Of a DNA stretch of 64,000 bases, positions 12,230 to 23,845 are shown in pieces (position 1 is the stretch's first letter; every line of letters starts with the position of its first letter). A program made the position numbers and the translations under genes. This DNA is from Heptranchias perlo (taxonomy: Eukaryota): contig NC_090358.1 of NCBI RefSeq assembly GCF_035084215.1, positions 5,704,001 to 5,768,000 of the forward strand, written 5' to 3'. Under the pieces are notes generated by a model. It was not told the DNA's origin, ran no database searches, and was given only the letters and a program-made list of their open reading frames with translations.

Positions 12230-12680
12230 GAAAAAAGAAAGAACTTGCATTCCCAAAGCACTTTCCAGCCAATTAAATACTTCTGAAGTGTAGTCACTGT
12301 TGTAATGTAGGAAATGCGGCAGCCAACTTGCGCACAGCAAGATCCCACAAACAGCAATGTGATAATGAAATAAAAACAGAAATTGCTGGAAATACGCAGC
12401 AGGTCAGGCAGCACCTGTGGAGAGAGAAACAGAGTTAGCGTTTCAAGTCGATGACCTTTCTCCGAACTGGATCTTCCGCAGTATTTTGCTTTCTTTTAGC
12501 CATGTGATACTGACCAGATAATCTGCTTTTTAGTGATGTTGGTTGAGGGATAAATATTGGCCCCAGGACACCAGGGAGAACTCCCCTGCTCTTCTTCGAA
12601 ATAGTGCCGTGGGATTTTTTTTTACGCCCACCTGAGAGGGCAGATGGGGCCTCAGTTTAACGTCTCATCTGAAAGACGAG
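12230..12680 (-). mobile_element. Deu-domain SINE interrupted by a Penelope-like terminal fragment
   Basis: Reverse complement of the 10395-10785 copy with an insert at about 12369-12497. Confidence 0.8.
12369..12497 (-). mobile_element. Penelope-like terminal repeat fragment with a decayed hammerhead motif
   Basis: Minus strand reads ccagttcggagaaaggtcatcgacttgaaacgctaactctgtttctctctccacaggtgctgcctgacctgctg; flanked by an imperfect 16-bp direct repeat. Confidence 0.7.
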
Positions 12681-13639
12681 GCATTAAGACTTTGATATAC
12701 ATCAGGGCAGCAGGGCAAGGGGTTTGTGAATAACAAATTCTTTGCAGAGAGGATGATCAGCAGGTAGAATGAGTCACCAGGTAGGGTGATTGAGACCAGG
12801 ACACTGGAGTCATTTAAGAAACAGCCAACTACTATAATAGGAAGACACTAGGGTAGATATTCTGGAAGGATGAAATCAAAGTAGCTGAAGGATTTTCTTC
12901 ATCTGAACCTACTTTATGATCACTCAGTAACACAGTAAGTCATTGCACCAACCCATGGGGGCCACACGGGGTATTCATTTTAAATTAAACTTTAAGAATG
13001 CTAATATTCTCTGTAATAACTGCAATAGTGTAATGGTATTTTTATGCAATAGATCACAGTGTATCTAACTGAAAATCTCCAACAGGAAGATAATGCTATT
13101 TACTGCTGTGCAGACAGTAATGTGGTCAGAGTGGAAATTAGTGCATCTTTGAATGATTTTGTATGGTTTCACAGTCTACTAATAAAGTGCTGTCACATTT
13201 AGTGTGATAAAGAGCCGAATCGTCCCCAGTCAATTTCCTGAATTATTTTGAATCATTCCAGGGTTAGTTTCTCCAATACAATCGTACTACTAAATATTTC
13301 CCCTGATCTGCATTACTATTTTGGTGCAGAGGGGAGCGTTGTGCCTTGTCGGTCCTTTTGATTTAACAAATGCTTTGTTTCAGTGCAGTGACCAGTTACG
13401 CTACCATTTAGCACGTCAGTACAAAGCACTTGTGGTTGTAACGAAACGGACACTAAACTTAAGAGCCGATCATTCATTGGACATATTGTCTTCATTCGTT
13501 GCTTTCCCACAGCGGCTAGGCTGAGATCAGGAACTCAGTGGGGCAGGGGAGATGGTAGAGATGAGCTCTCATCTTACTGCTCCAGTGCTCCGCACCAACA
13601 CTTTGCTTAGTTGCCCTTACTCTTTGTGATATCCTGTAT

Positions 13640-13945
13640 TGTTTCCTCCAATTTTCTCCCAACTTCACCTGAAGGTGTTGACTTATGATTGGTACCTTGC
13701 CCTGTGGCCGTTCTTCATTGATTAGCCCAGACAGTGAGTGTTGGCAGAGTGTTTTACCATCGAGGGCGTCACAGCCAAGCTTGGTCCTGTCCTCGTTCAC
13801 ACGCAAGCACTTTCCAATGTGGATCACTGGATGGCAGCCAGGAGCGAGAGCCCTTGGCTGATTTATTTTGCTCCCTACCCCAGGGGAATTGAAGCTGCCC
13901 TGGCTAAGATTAACTAACACAGCATAGACAGGGAATCGAACCAAA
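13640..13945 (-). mobile_element. SINE family A copy
   Basis: B-box GGTTCGATTCC on the minus strand near 13932-13942; family core sequence. Confidence 0.7.
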
Positions 13946-13954
13946 GATCTTTAT

Positions 13955-14070
13955 ATTTCCTACATTACAACAGTGACTACATTTCAAAAGTACTTCACTG
14001 GCTGTAAAGCATTTTGGGACATCCTGAGCTCGTGAAAGGCGCTATATAAATGCAAGTCTTTCTTTCTTTC
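13955..14070 (+). mobile_element. Deu-domain SINE 3' tail
   Basis: tttcctacattacaacagtgactac...gcgctatataaatgcaag. Confidence 0.75.
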
Positions 14071-14579
14071 ATGATCGATGTGGTGCAGTGCACACTGGAT
14101 GGTCCATTTACCAACTGGGAGCCATTGGAGAACAGTGTGATCTTTATTGTCCATTGGGACAAGCAGGAAAGATCTTGGTTCAACATTTTCTCTGAGGGTT
14201 AGTACCTTTAGCCCACTGTCTGGGCAGCGGGGGAAGGATGAGGACTGTGCGTGTGTACCTCACCACGATGTATTGAGGGATTTAAGCTAATTAGATACTT
14301 GACACATGTAAAATTAAATTGTCAAATAAATTCTACATTATTCATTCGGTACAGAAATTCTATTTCTGCAATCAATGAATTACACTCAATTCCAGATAAA
14401 GTCAGAGCTTTGAATGAAACATTTCCACCCACTCTACCACCTCTCACTGACTCCAATTCTACGGAGTTTCTGCACCAACGAGAAAATATCCAAATTATTC
14501 TCATTTTTAATAATCGGGTACATGATAATCAACCCATTGCAAAATTTTAAATGGAATATGGGCATTTTTGTTCATTTGT

Positions 14580-15410
14580 CTTTTCTCCACCATTTCCCCC
14601 CTTTTCTCCCTTCCTTTCCTGAAAGCAGCGACTCACACTGGGGTACCGTCCCACTGGTAGTGGCAACCCTCCCGTCCCTCACCCAAATCTCCATTCTTCA
14701 CATTTGATGTTAGACAGTGACTGCCAATAGGCTATACTATGAGTACGATGTGCAGTTTTGGACATCCCATTATAGAAAGGACATTAAAGCCATTGAGAGT
14801 GTACAGCATATCTTCACCAGGATGATGCCAGGGATGGGAAACTACAGTTACAAGGAGAGACTTCATTTGCTGGGACCATTTCCACTGCAGCAGAGAAGGC
14901 TAAGAGAAGGTTTTTTTTAAGAGGTTTTGAAATCATGATGGCTTTTTGATAGGGTGGGTAGGAAAAGACTATTTCCTCTGGTTGGGGAATCGGTGATGAG
15001 GGATCATCAATTTAAAATTGTCACTGAGAGTGAGGAGAGAGATTTGGAGAAATTTCTATACGCAACAGGTAGTTGGGAATAGAACACTTTGCCAAAGGGT
15101 TGAGGCAGAGACCATTGCATCTCTCAAGTGAAAAGCAGATAAATATTTGATGCAGAGGACGATATGGGGAGAGAGAGGAGCAGTGGGATTAGTTTCAGAT
15201 ATCTCTAGTAAAGAGATAGCACAGATGCAATGGGCCAAATGGCTTCCTTCTGTGCTGTAAACTTCCATCGTTCTATGGCGAGGGCATCACACACAAACCA
15301 GATCCCGTCCCCAGCGGACAATCATAGGTGCGCACTTTCCAGCCAGAAACATTGGATAACAACCAAGAGTGGGAATTCTGGGTGATTTTCCCCTCCTTAG
15401 CCCAAGGACA
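14580..15410 (-). mobile_element. SINE family A copy split by a CR1 insertion
   Basis: SINE halves at about 14580-14741 and 15278-15410 join in register. Confidence 0.6.
14742..15277 (+). mobile_element. CR1 LINE 3' fragment, degenerate
   Basis: EYDVQFWTSHYRKDIKAIESVQHIFTRMMPGM...YKERL; ctatg duplicated at both ends. Confidence 0.85.
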
Positions 15411-16445
15411 CAGAAACCAGTTAATGGTTGCAAATTTGCCTTTTCTGCAGTTAATAAAACACAGCAGCAATCTTTCCCGCAAAATAAATAAGACACAATT
15501 AAATTCATTATTGAGGGGCAAAGTTGGCTATAAAAAATTCACCTGCAATTTTCTGAACATTAAACATCTGTACTGCATTTGAAGAAGGGCTTCCTCCCAC
15601 TCTTAGACAAATAAGCTACCACGTATGAAACTACTGTGAACTTCTGGAACTCATTAACTATGATGTAATCATAATTTACTTTATATGATTTTTTAAGCAA
15701 TGTGTTATTTTTGTAATTGGCTACAATGATTATATTTTAGAGTTAATTGAATGGGATTGTAACATGGCATCAATGAAAATTGCATACTACCTAAGGTTTA
15801 CTAGGAAAAGCTATCTTCCACAGACGATCAGCCATAATCATTTTGAATGGTGGAGCAGGCCCGAAGGGCCGAATGGCCTACTCTTGCTCCTATTTTCTAT
15901 GTTTCATGTACACGGTGAGAAAAGTGGTTCACGGACCAAGAAACTTTAGAAAGTGAACATGCAGGAAACAGGCCCAGCTCACGACACTGACTCCCCACTA
16001 CTTCTTGTTAATCTACTTTCTTCCCTTAAAAGCAAAGGACAAGAGCAATTAAAATAATTTGCTATTGCTAAATCTTTAATTAAAAAGGTGAACAATCTAT
16101 ACTGATATTACATGGTAAAAGGGAAAGGTTCGTCGTTGTATGTAAAACTTTGTAGAAGATCTCTAAATATCACTTGAAGTTACATTTGGTGGAGGCAACA
16201 TTTCATTGATCCTCCACATTATTCACCTTCTGAATAAAGTGACACATTAACTGTAGTGCTACTTGAGGCTGACCCAGCCATCTCATCCATCAAACTAGTC
16301 ATCACAGGACTCCAAACAGTGCTGACTGTTGCCATCCCTGCACTGCCCCATGTGAGGGTGGAGAATTATAGAGAGATTGACAATGAAAGTACCATCCAAC
16401 TACCCACTGTGCCCTGCCAGCTGCAATATATGATGCAAGGATGTA

Positions 16446-17404
16446 GACCATAAGACCATAAGAGACAGGAGCAGGAGTAGGCCATTCGGCCCCTCGAGCC
16501 TGCTCCGCCATTTAATGAGATCATGGCTGATCTGATTTTTACCTCAACTCCACTTTCCCGCCCTTTCCCCATATCCTACTCCCTTGCTGATCAAAAATTT
16601 GTCTAACTCAGTCTTGAATGTATCCAATAACTCAGCCTCCACAGCTTTTTGGCATAAAGAATTCCAAAGATTCACGACCCTCTGGGAGAAGAAATTCCTC
16701 CTCATTTCCATCTTAAACGGGCGACCCCTTATTCTGAGACTATGCCCCCTATTTATAGATTCCCCCATGAGGGTAACATCCTCTCAGCATCTACCCTATC
16801 GAGTCCCCTCAGAATCTTGTATGTTTCAATAAGATCTCTTCTCGTTCTTCTAAACTCCAATGAGTAAAGACCCAACCTGTTCAATCTTTCCTCATAAGTC
16901 AACCCTTCCATACCCGGAATCAACCTAGTGAACCTTCTCTGAACTGCTTCCAATGCAACTATGTCTTTCCTTAAATAAGGGCACCAGAACTGTACGCAGC
17001 ACTCCAGGTGTGGTCTCACCAGCACCCTGTACAGTTGTAGTATGACTTCCCTGCTTTTATACTCCATCCCCTTAGAAATAAAGGCCCATATTCCGTTTGC
17101 CTTCCGGATTACCTGCTGCACCTGTATGTTGACTTTTTGTGTTTCAGCATTTTGTAGTATTTCTCCATTCAAATAATATTCTGCTTTTTTACTTTTCCTC
17201 CCAAAGTGGATGACTTCACATTTTCCCACATTATATTCCATCTGCCAAATTTTTGCCCATTCGCTTAACCTGTCAATATCCCTTTGCAAACACTTTGTGT
17301 CCTCATCGCAACTTGCTTTTCCACCTATCTTTGTATCATCAGCAAACTTGGCCACAAGACACTCTGTTCCTTCATCCAAGTCATTGATATATATTGTAAA
17401 TAGT
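16446..17404 (-). mobile_element. 5'-truncated CR1 LINE (RT C-terminal half to tail)
   Basis: FTIYINDLDEGTECLVAKFADDTKIGG...WQMEYNVGKCEVIHFG...LVRPHLECCVQFWCP; internal deletion and a frameshift near 16760. Confidence 0.95.
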
Positions 17405-17729
17405 ATCCCCATGGAGCCAGTCAAAGCCAATATGCACAGAATCCAATTGATGTTTGGTGGTTGGGCAGTCCCTTATCATCGATTGTTTGGAATTATGAGT
17501 TGGGGTAATTGAAGCAGCAGCTCAGTAGGATGTTCCTTCTTGTTTTCCAGGTAAAAGCAAGATGGCAGCTTCCTTTTGTGAGGTGGCCATGTGGAGGATC
17601 TTGCATATGCTATGCCATCTGTTGCACTTTCTCTTCTGTTATTAGTAAGCCTCTGCATGGTAGGTGGTATTCAATGATATCAATGGTGTTCATCCAATCC
17701 TTTTCCTCCTTGCCTTCTTTTCCCCTGCC

Positions 17730-18050
17730 CCCAGTTTTGTCCTCTCCTCCATTCCTCTCCTGAAGACACCAACTCACAGTGGGGTAAAGCTCCACAGGTG
17801 CTGACCACCCTCCACTGCTGCACCTATTGACCAGACCTGACCGCGTTAGCGCAATATTTTACTACAAGGAGCCTCACGGTCAAACCCTATCCTGTTTCCA
17901 GCAGAATTCACTGGCTTAACATTAAGTGGGAACTCTGGCTGATCTTCCCCTCAACAGCCCAAGAGTGCTGAGGCCAATTGTAGCGCCTCACCAGCTGAGA
18001 TCAGCTAACCCAGCACAGGTGGCTGAACCTGAGACTTTCTGGGTTTATGC
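17730..18050 (-). mobile_element. SINE family A copy
   Basis: gctgagatcagctaacccagcacag core. Confidence 0.6.
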
Positions 18051-18124
18051 CTTCAAGAGGGAGCTGGACTGGGGCAGAGATCGCATCATATTAGAAGATA
18101 AGTGTCATTATAGAGAACACTTGG

Positions 18125-18325
18125 TCCATGTGATCTCCTGGACTGGTTTTGATCACCTGAGGGGATGAGAGAGGAATTCTCCAGAGTATTTTTCCCCTTA
18201 TTGGGTTTTATGCCTTGGGGTGGGGGTAAGGAGGTGTTGAGTCGTGATGCTCTGGCCATCATGAGTGTGGGGCAGATTTGATGAACCAGCTGGTCTTTCC
18301 TGCCCGTCAATTTTGTATGTTCGTA
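18125..18325 (+). mobile_element. CR1-type 3'UTR/tail fragment
   Basis: ...gaaccagctggtctttcctgcccgtcaattttgtatgttcgta tail. Confidence 0.55.
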
Positions 18326-20539
18326 AGGATGTGGGTCAACATCACACTGAGCGGTACTCTTACCCATTGTGTTATCAGAAGAGTTTTCTTTTCATCGTAA
18401 TCCGCAGCCTCGGAGAAGTCAAGGGTGTATGGTTCTGTTGTACGCAGTCTTGGTGAATCACCCACTTAAATATAGAAGTATTATTTGTGAATGCATGAAC
18501 TTTCATTTTCAATCATCAGAGGAAGTATATATAAAGATGGCTAAGCAAAGCATTAAAATATATTTTGGCCTACTAACGTTTGTGGAATGCAGATAAAAGT
18601 GGGCATTGGACATTGTGATTTTGTATGCTTTGTAATGTATTGTAACCATCTGCATCTTGGGGCTCACATTTTATGTTCATTGAAATAACTTACCAGAATC
18701 AGTAATGCTCTCATTAATTTCAAAACCTCAAAAGAGTCTGTGGAAACAAAAAAAAGAGTTCTGCCACTTTATCCTCTGGCGGTATGACGGCCTCACCTGG
18801 CCCCTCAGTGAGGGTGATACTTTATCATCTTCACCTTGTTTAATTTTGTTTCTGACATCCTACCAAGTTCTGTTGCTGTGAGAGATTGTACTTCAAACAA
18901 GAGCTCTTCCTCGGGTTTGGTGGATTTGTTGTGGTCCTAAAGATGTACTCTGCCTCCTCCGTGACCCTGTGTATACCTACAATTTCTAGGTGTTTTAGGA
19001 AAGTGGAGTATTTTCCCCATTGTTACATTGTTTCCCAGTTTCTCCCTTTCTCTCCTCTTATTGGGGTACAGTCCTATGAACATTGGCCACCTTCTGCTAC
19101 CTTGGAAAAGTGGCCAACGGTCGTGCGTGTGTGCCTAGATAGCGAGGCCTAGATTTTCTGTTCCTGGCTGGAACTGCAAAAGGGCCAGATGTCCTACCCT
19201 GCCCGAACCCATCCATTTTGCACCCAACACAGTTTTGGATGGACAGGACCAGCAGCACAGGAGCATTTGCCAAACCAGGTGACCACTTCGTTTAAATAAT
19301 ATATTGGGGGCTTATCAGTCCTGTGCACCACTTTCCACCATTCTGCTATGCAGGATCTCAGACATCACAATGTGACATGGGCGCAAAGAGTTGCTAGGCA
19401 GCAGTAAGTATACTGGAGGTCATGGAAAGGACACGGTAATATATAAGCATATGGATTTCAGCCATTTCTTAACTGCTTTCCTTAATATCATGTTTTTGTT
19501 TTTTTTTCCTACTGGCATTTAGTTTCTCATGAGCCTTTGTGAAAATTAGAGTATTCTTTTTGCAGTCTCAGCACCATTACTGACACCAAAGGGCTTCCCA
19601 ATGGGAATTTCCCTATATGTGGCGTTTGGAAGAATAGAAGGCCCTGTGGAGGATTTCAAGGCATTTCAGATTGCATGAGAGATGCTCTGTACCCACCCGT
19701 TGGTACCCACCCACCAACATCTGCAGACAGAGGTTGCTTTGATAGCCGATTATGGCATGTGGTGGCTCCTCTTCCCAAAGGAAGCTGGGAAAACAGACCC
19801 AATGTCACCTCTAAGAAATGTGAAAGCTGGATTGACCATAATGCCTGTGCAGCATCCCAATCACATGCATGCCATGCCGTCAATGGCACTGCATGAAAGA
19901 ATGCATGTCAGGGTGATCAAGAGCCAGAGTAGCGTGATTGGTAACACCTGCCAAGATGTCTTCAATCTGCAGCCCCAGGCACACCTAACCGGCACTGAGC
20001 TTAGGGAATTGTCTTCTCATGACCTGGGTCATCAGAGAGGCAGACGCAGAGCAGTGCCACCTGCTGCAGGGGCACCTGTGCAGTGCTCGCCTATGAGGTT
20101 AGTGTGATGGAGTGGCACCATTCTTGCAAATTACTTCATGCATCACCACCCCCACTTCAGCTGTCATCAAACAAAGGGAGATGGGTGTTGGGCTGCTCAT
20201 CTCATCTGCACAACTCATGCCTGCACCTTTTATTTTTGTCTGCCTCTTCCTAGTGCTTTGCCCCGTCAGACTTGGCAATCATTGCTAAGTGACTGAGATG
20301 CCTTTGAGGCTCTGCAAAGGTGCTCAGATTTTTTTTGTTGCCCTATTGTGGCACTCGCATTTAATTGTCCCCATACCTTTCAATTTCACTTCCATGCAAT
20401 ATTCCATTCTCTAATGTACTCTCTAGACCTGTCCAAGTCTGCACTTGAAGTTATGCTATCAAACTGACCTCAGAAAATAGCACAGTTCAATTTGAATCTC
20501 TCTAAAATCTGCCAATCTAAAGTATGCTAAAAGCTTGAA

Positions 20540-20790
20540 TGCTGGCAGGTTATTCAATCATTGGAGATATCAGCACCTGTCCTCACCAGATGCTCCCCCC
20601 CACCCCTTCTATCAGGGGTTATTGGACAGTAAGCATGGGCAGGAACCCTGGTTGGAGTCAAGTTGAGAGCTTCAATTGCTGCTCCTTTTGAGATCAGCTA
20701 ACTCAGCACACACTAAGATTTGAACCAGGGACCTTCCAGGTCTGTATGGGTCAGTTACATTGTACCTTTACAAAATGAACCATCAGGAGG
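20540..20790 (-). mobile_element. SINE family A copy
   Basis: gagatcagctaactcagcac...gaaccagggaccttcc. Confidence 0.6.
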
Positions 20791-21099
20791 GCCTGGGAAA
20801 TGGTATTCTAACATTAGGATGGTCATTACCTTAATGTCCACAGGGAAGGTGATGCATTGTGTAAGATTTCCTTACCTTCACTCATGTAGAATCTGGAGTA
20901 ACTCACTTCTGCTGATCATGCTGTTTTTGCAGCAATGGGGTAAATAGAGGGTTATATGATGGGGAACCACTAAAGAAAAGCAAATGCATATTTCACCAGT
21001 GGTCGGACCACACACCCCACAAACAGCAGAGTCACTCTTGCCTTGTGACTGTTAGTTGATCACTGTAGATTTTGAGTGTTCCACAGTTCTCTACTGAAT

Positions 21100-21445
21100 T
21101 TCATAGAATCATAAAGCACAGAAGGAGGCCATTCAGCCCATCGTGTCTATGTCAACTCTTTGAAAGAACTATCCAATTAGTCCCACTTCACTGCTCTTTC
21201 CCCATAGCCGTGCAAATTTTTCCTTTTCAAGTATTTATCCAATTCCCTTTTGAAAGTTATTATTAAATCTGCTTCCACTGCCCTTTCAGGCAGTGCATTC
21301 CAGATCAGGATAACTCGTTGGGTAAAAAAAATTCTCATCTCCTCTCTGGTTCTTTTGCCAATTACCTTAAATCTGTGTCCTCTGGTTACCGACCCTTCTG
21401 CCAGTGGAAACAGTCTCTCCTTATTTACTCTATCAAAACCCTTCA
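21100..21445 (-). mobile_element. CR1 LINE 3' fragment
   Basis: KGFDRVNKERLFPLAEGSVTRGHRFKVIGKR...FFTQRVILIWNALP. Confidence 0.9.
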
Positions 21446-21584
21446 CTTCTTGGGAGTTGTATCATATGGTGAATATCACCACTTTCAAACATTTTCTACA
21501 AAATTATTTGGTGAACTTTAGATGCCAAACATAGGGATGCAATTAATCTCAAAACACATCATGGTATTGTGAAAATATTACATT

Positions 21585-21800
21585 GTCCCTGGGCTGGGGA
21601 GAATCAGCCAGGCTGCCGATCCTGATCACTATCCAGCGATCACTTCCGTAGAGTAGGCACATCAAGTGAGGACAGGATTGGGTTCAGCTGTGTTGCCTTC
21701 CACAATCAGCAGTCTGCTGTCACATATAAAGATCAGGCACCTGATGGCATTTGTGTAACTCATCCCAGCAAGAGTCAGCTCCTCAGGGAAGGGAGCAAGA
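21585..21800 (+). mobile_element. SINE family A partial copy
   Basis: aatcagccagg...gaggacaggattgggttcagctgtg. Confidence 0.55.
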
Positions 21801-22104
21801 GAAAGCGCATTAGAACTGAAGCCTTGATCTGAATCACGGGTTCTACCCAATCTTGGGGAAAAAGGTGCAATCTTAAGCTTGTAGGTTTACTGTACCTGTT
21901 ACTGCCTTCTTTAGTTCAGGCTGATGAGGTGGGGTCAGGCAAACCCAATGCCACCAAGACATCTATTAACACACCTTAGAAAAAGAGTTCCACTGAGAAA
22001 ATTGGATAGCCTGTCCAAACTAACAATGTTTGTAATTACATCATAACTCAGAAAATTTGGAGCAATAAAGCAATCGAGATCCTGCTTTGATCAAGAAAGG
22101 TGGA

Positions 22105-22290
22105 CACTGGGATCCAAACGTAGGCAAGCAGTTGGCGAGACCCTCTCTGGGTGATCCTACACATCCTGGACCTGTACATTGCAGATTTCGCCAGTTCCAT
22201 TAGCAGACCCACCAGGAGATCCTCCCGTCTGCTTGCCCTGCTGGTAGTGTCGATGACTCTTATGATGCTGCTCTTGTAGAACCTGACTCT
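22105..22290 (-). mobile_element. Decayed Tx1/L1-clade non-LTR retrotransposon ORF2 C-terminal remnant
   Basis: Minus strand reads RREDLLVGLLMELAKSAMYRSR and then, after a frameshift, ANCLPTFG; resembles recalled Tx1 EDLLVGLLLGLAK.AI.RSR...DCLPLFR. Confidence 0.5.
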
Positions 22291-23499
22291 ACCATTTGGA
22301 TTCCAAGTCTAATTATTCGGAGTGAATACTGAGTTACACAGTGAGGCTGCCAGGAGTGTACAATTAGTCCCCTCTGCCTTTAGCTTCAGGCCGTGTAACA
22401 CACTCACAGACACTTCTGCAACCCTTTAGGCAATATTTCAGCAGCCTTCGAAAGCAGTCAGTGTATTACTTACTTCACAGAAACACCCACAGAGCATTAG
22501 ACAGCGTGCACTTTTACGATACTTGCTGTGACACTCCACCCTTATGCCTCAGAAACCACTTGCGTTGCGTGTTCTGAAATGAAATTTAACCTACAGCGAG
22601 CGTCCCATGAAAATCATTGGTAGCCAAGGTCCAGCACCTTTACAACAAGAGATGGTGTGAGAGGCGAGAGCCATTTGATGAGATTGGCACGTGATCACAA
22701 AAGCAGTGTCCTCGTTTTTTTTTTCCAAATTGATATCAACGTCCAGATTCCTGAAAATTAACATTCTTTAATTATTGGTTTCAGTCGCCTTTTATAATAG
22801 TCGTTAGATTTTATAAAAGATATTTATGCCTTTTCATCCCTTTTAATTTGTTCACTCTTCCTTTGTAGGTCCCCGTTTGCCCTCCCCCACCCCTAAACAC
22901 CAATTTCCATTCCCCAGTCAGATGATAGGGAGATGATGTACCATTTTTTAAGGCATAAACATGTTGGTAGCGAGATGGAAATCACCCACTTAGATTCAAT
23001 GTTCCAGCATAGAAACGGGGCAATTGGCCCATCAGGTCTACACTGGTGTTTCTCTCCGCCCGAGCCACCTCGTCTAATCCCCAACTCTCCTGTTCAATCC
23101 CGTGCCTTTTACCAGAAGTCAACTTTTTGCTTTGATCTCAGCTCCGGTGAATGTAATCAGCAAACTCAGCACGGACTGGAGATCAAACCAAGGGGCCTTC
23201 CTGGTCTGTACTCAGTACCACACAAGCTGGTACATTTACCCACTGGACTATCAGGGAGCTTAGCAGCCAAGTTCAGAGAACAAATTTCAGAATTCTCCCA
23301 ACTTTCTAATAGTGGCAAGGAAACTTTCCCAGTGTGTTTGATGCTGGACTAGAGGGCCTGGAGCTGATTAAAACACATTCATTATAACCACGACTCTCAG
23401 CTGGTCCCACTAAATTATAAAAAGAAAGGAAAAAAGGCGGCGGCGGCGGATAATTTAAGGATAACATCACAGCATGTATATTGTTTCTTGTAATAAACA

Positions 23500-23845
23500 T
23501 TTCAGCTGGCAACTGAATTCTAAATCTGTGCCGAGTTATCTGATCTTCACTGTGACAGTAGTAGGGATGCTACAGATTTGCCCCCGCCTTCCCGAGGTTA
23601 TGGAGAAGGAATTTGGCTGGAGGTTTCCCATTCCTGATCTCTTCCTGCTTTGAAGTGCACCTGGGTGCACTTTGTGCGAGAACGGGATTGGGCTCGGCGG
23701 TGATGCCTCCACAGTGGAATAGCATGCCAACACAGGCTGGCTATCCCCATGCTTGAAGAGTGGCAACTTGGTCAAGGTACTCCGATGGTGATCTGCGACC
23801 CCGAAAACATCCAGTAGGAGAGGGGAGAGAAAATAGGCGAGAAAA
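23500..23845 (+). mobile_element. SINE family A copy; further fragments at about 23150-23260 (-) and 24450-24790 (-)
   Basis: tctgtgccgagttatctgatct...aggagaggggagagaaaatagg. Confidence 0.6.

Noticed and set aside
16544-17430. Reverse-transcriptase ORFs as a host gene or retron-like system
   Set aside because: 5'-truncated, internally deleted, frameshifted CR1 LINE copy
19150-20330. ORFs 19675-20107 as a gene
   Set aside because: No domain or splice structure; more likely a very decayed transposon that I could not classify
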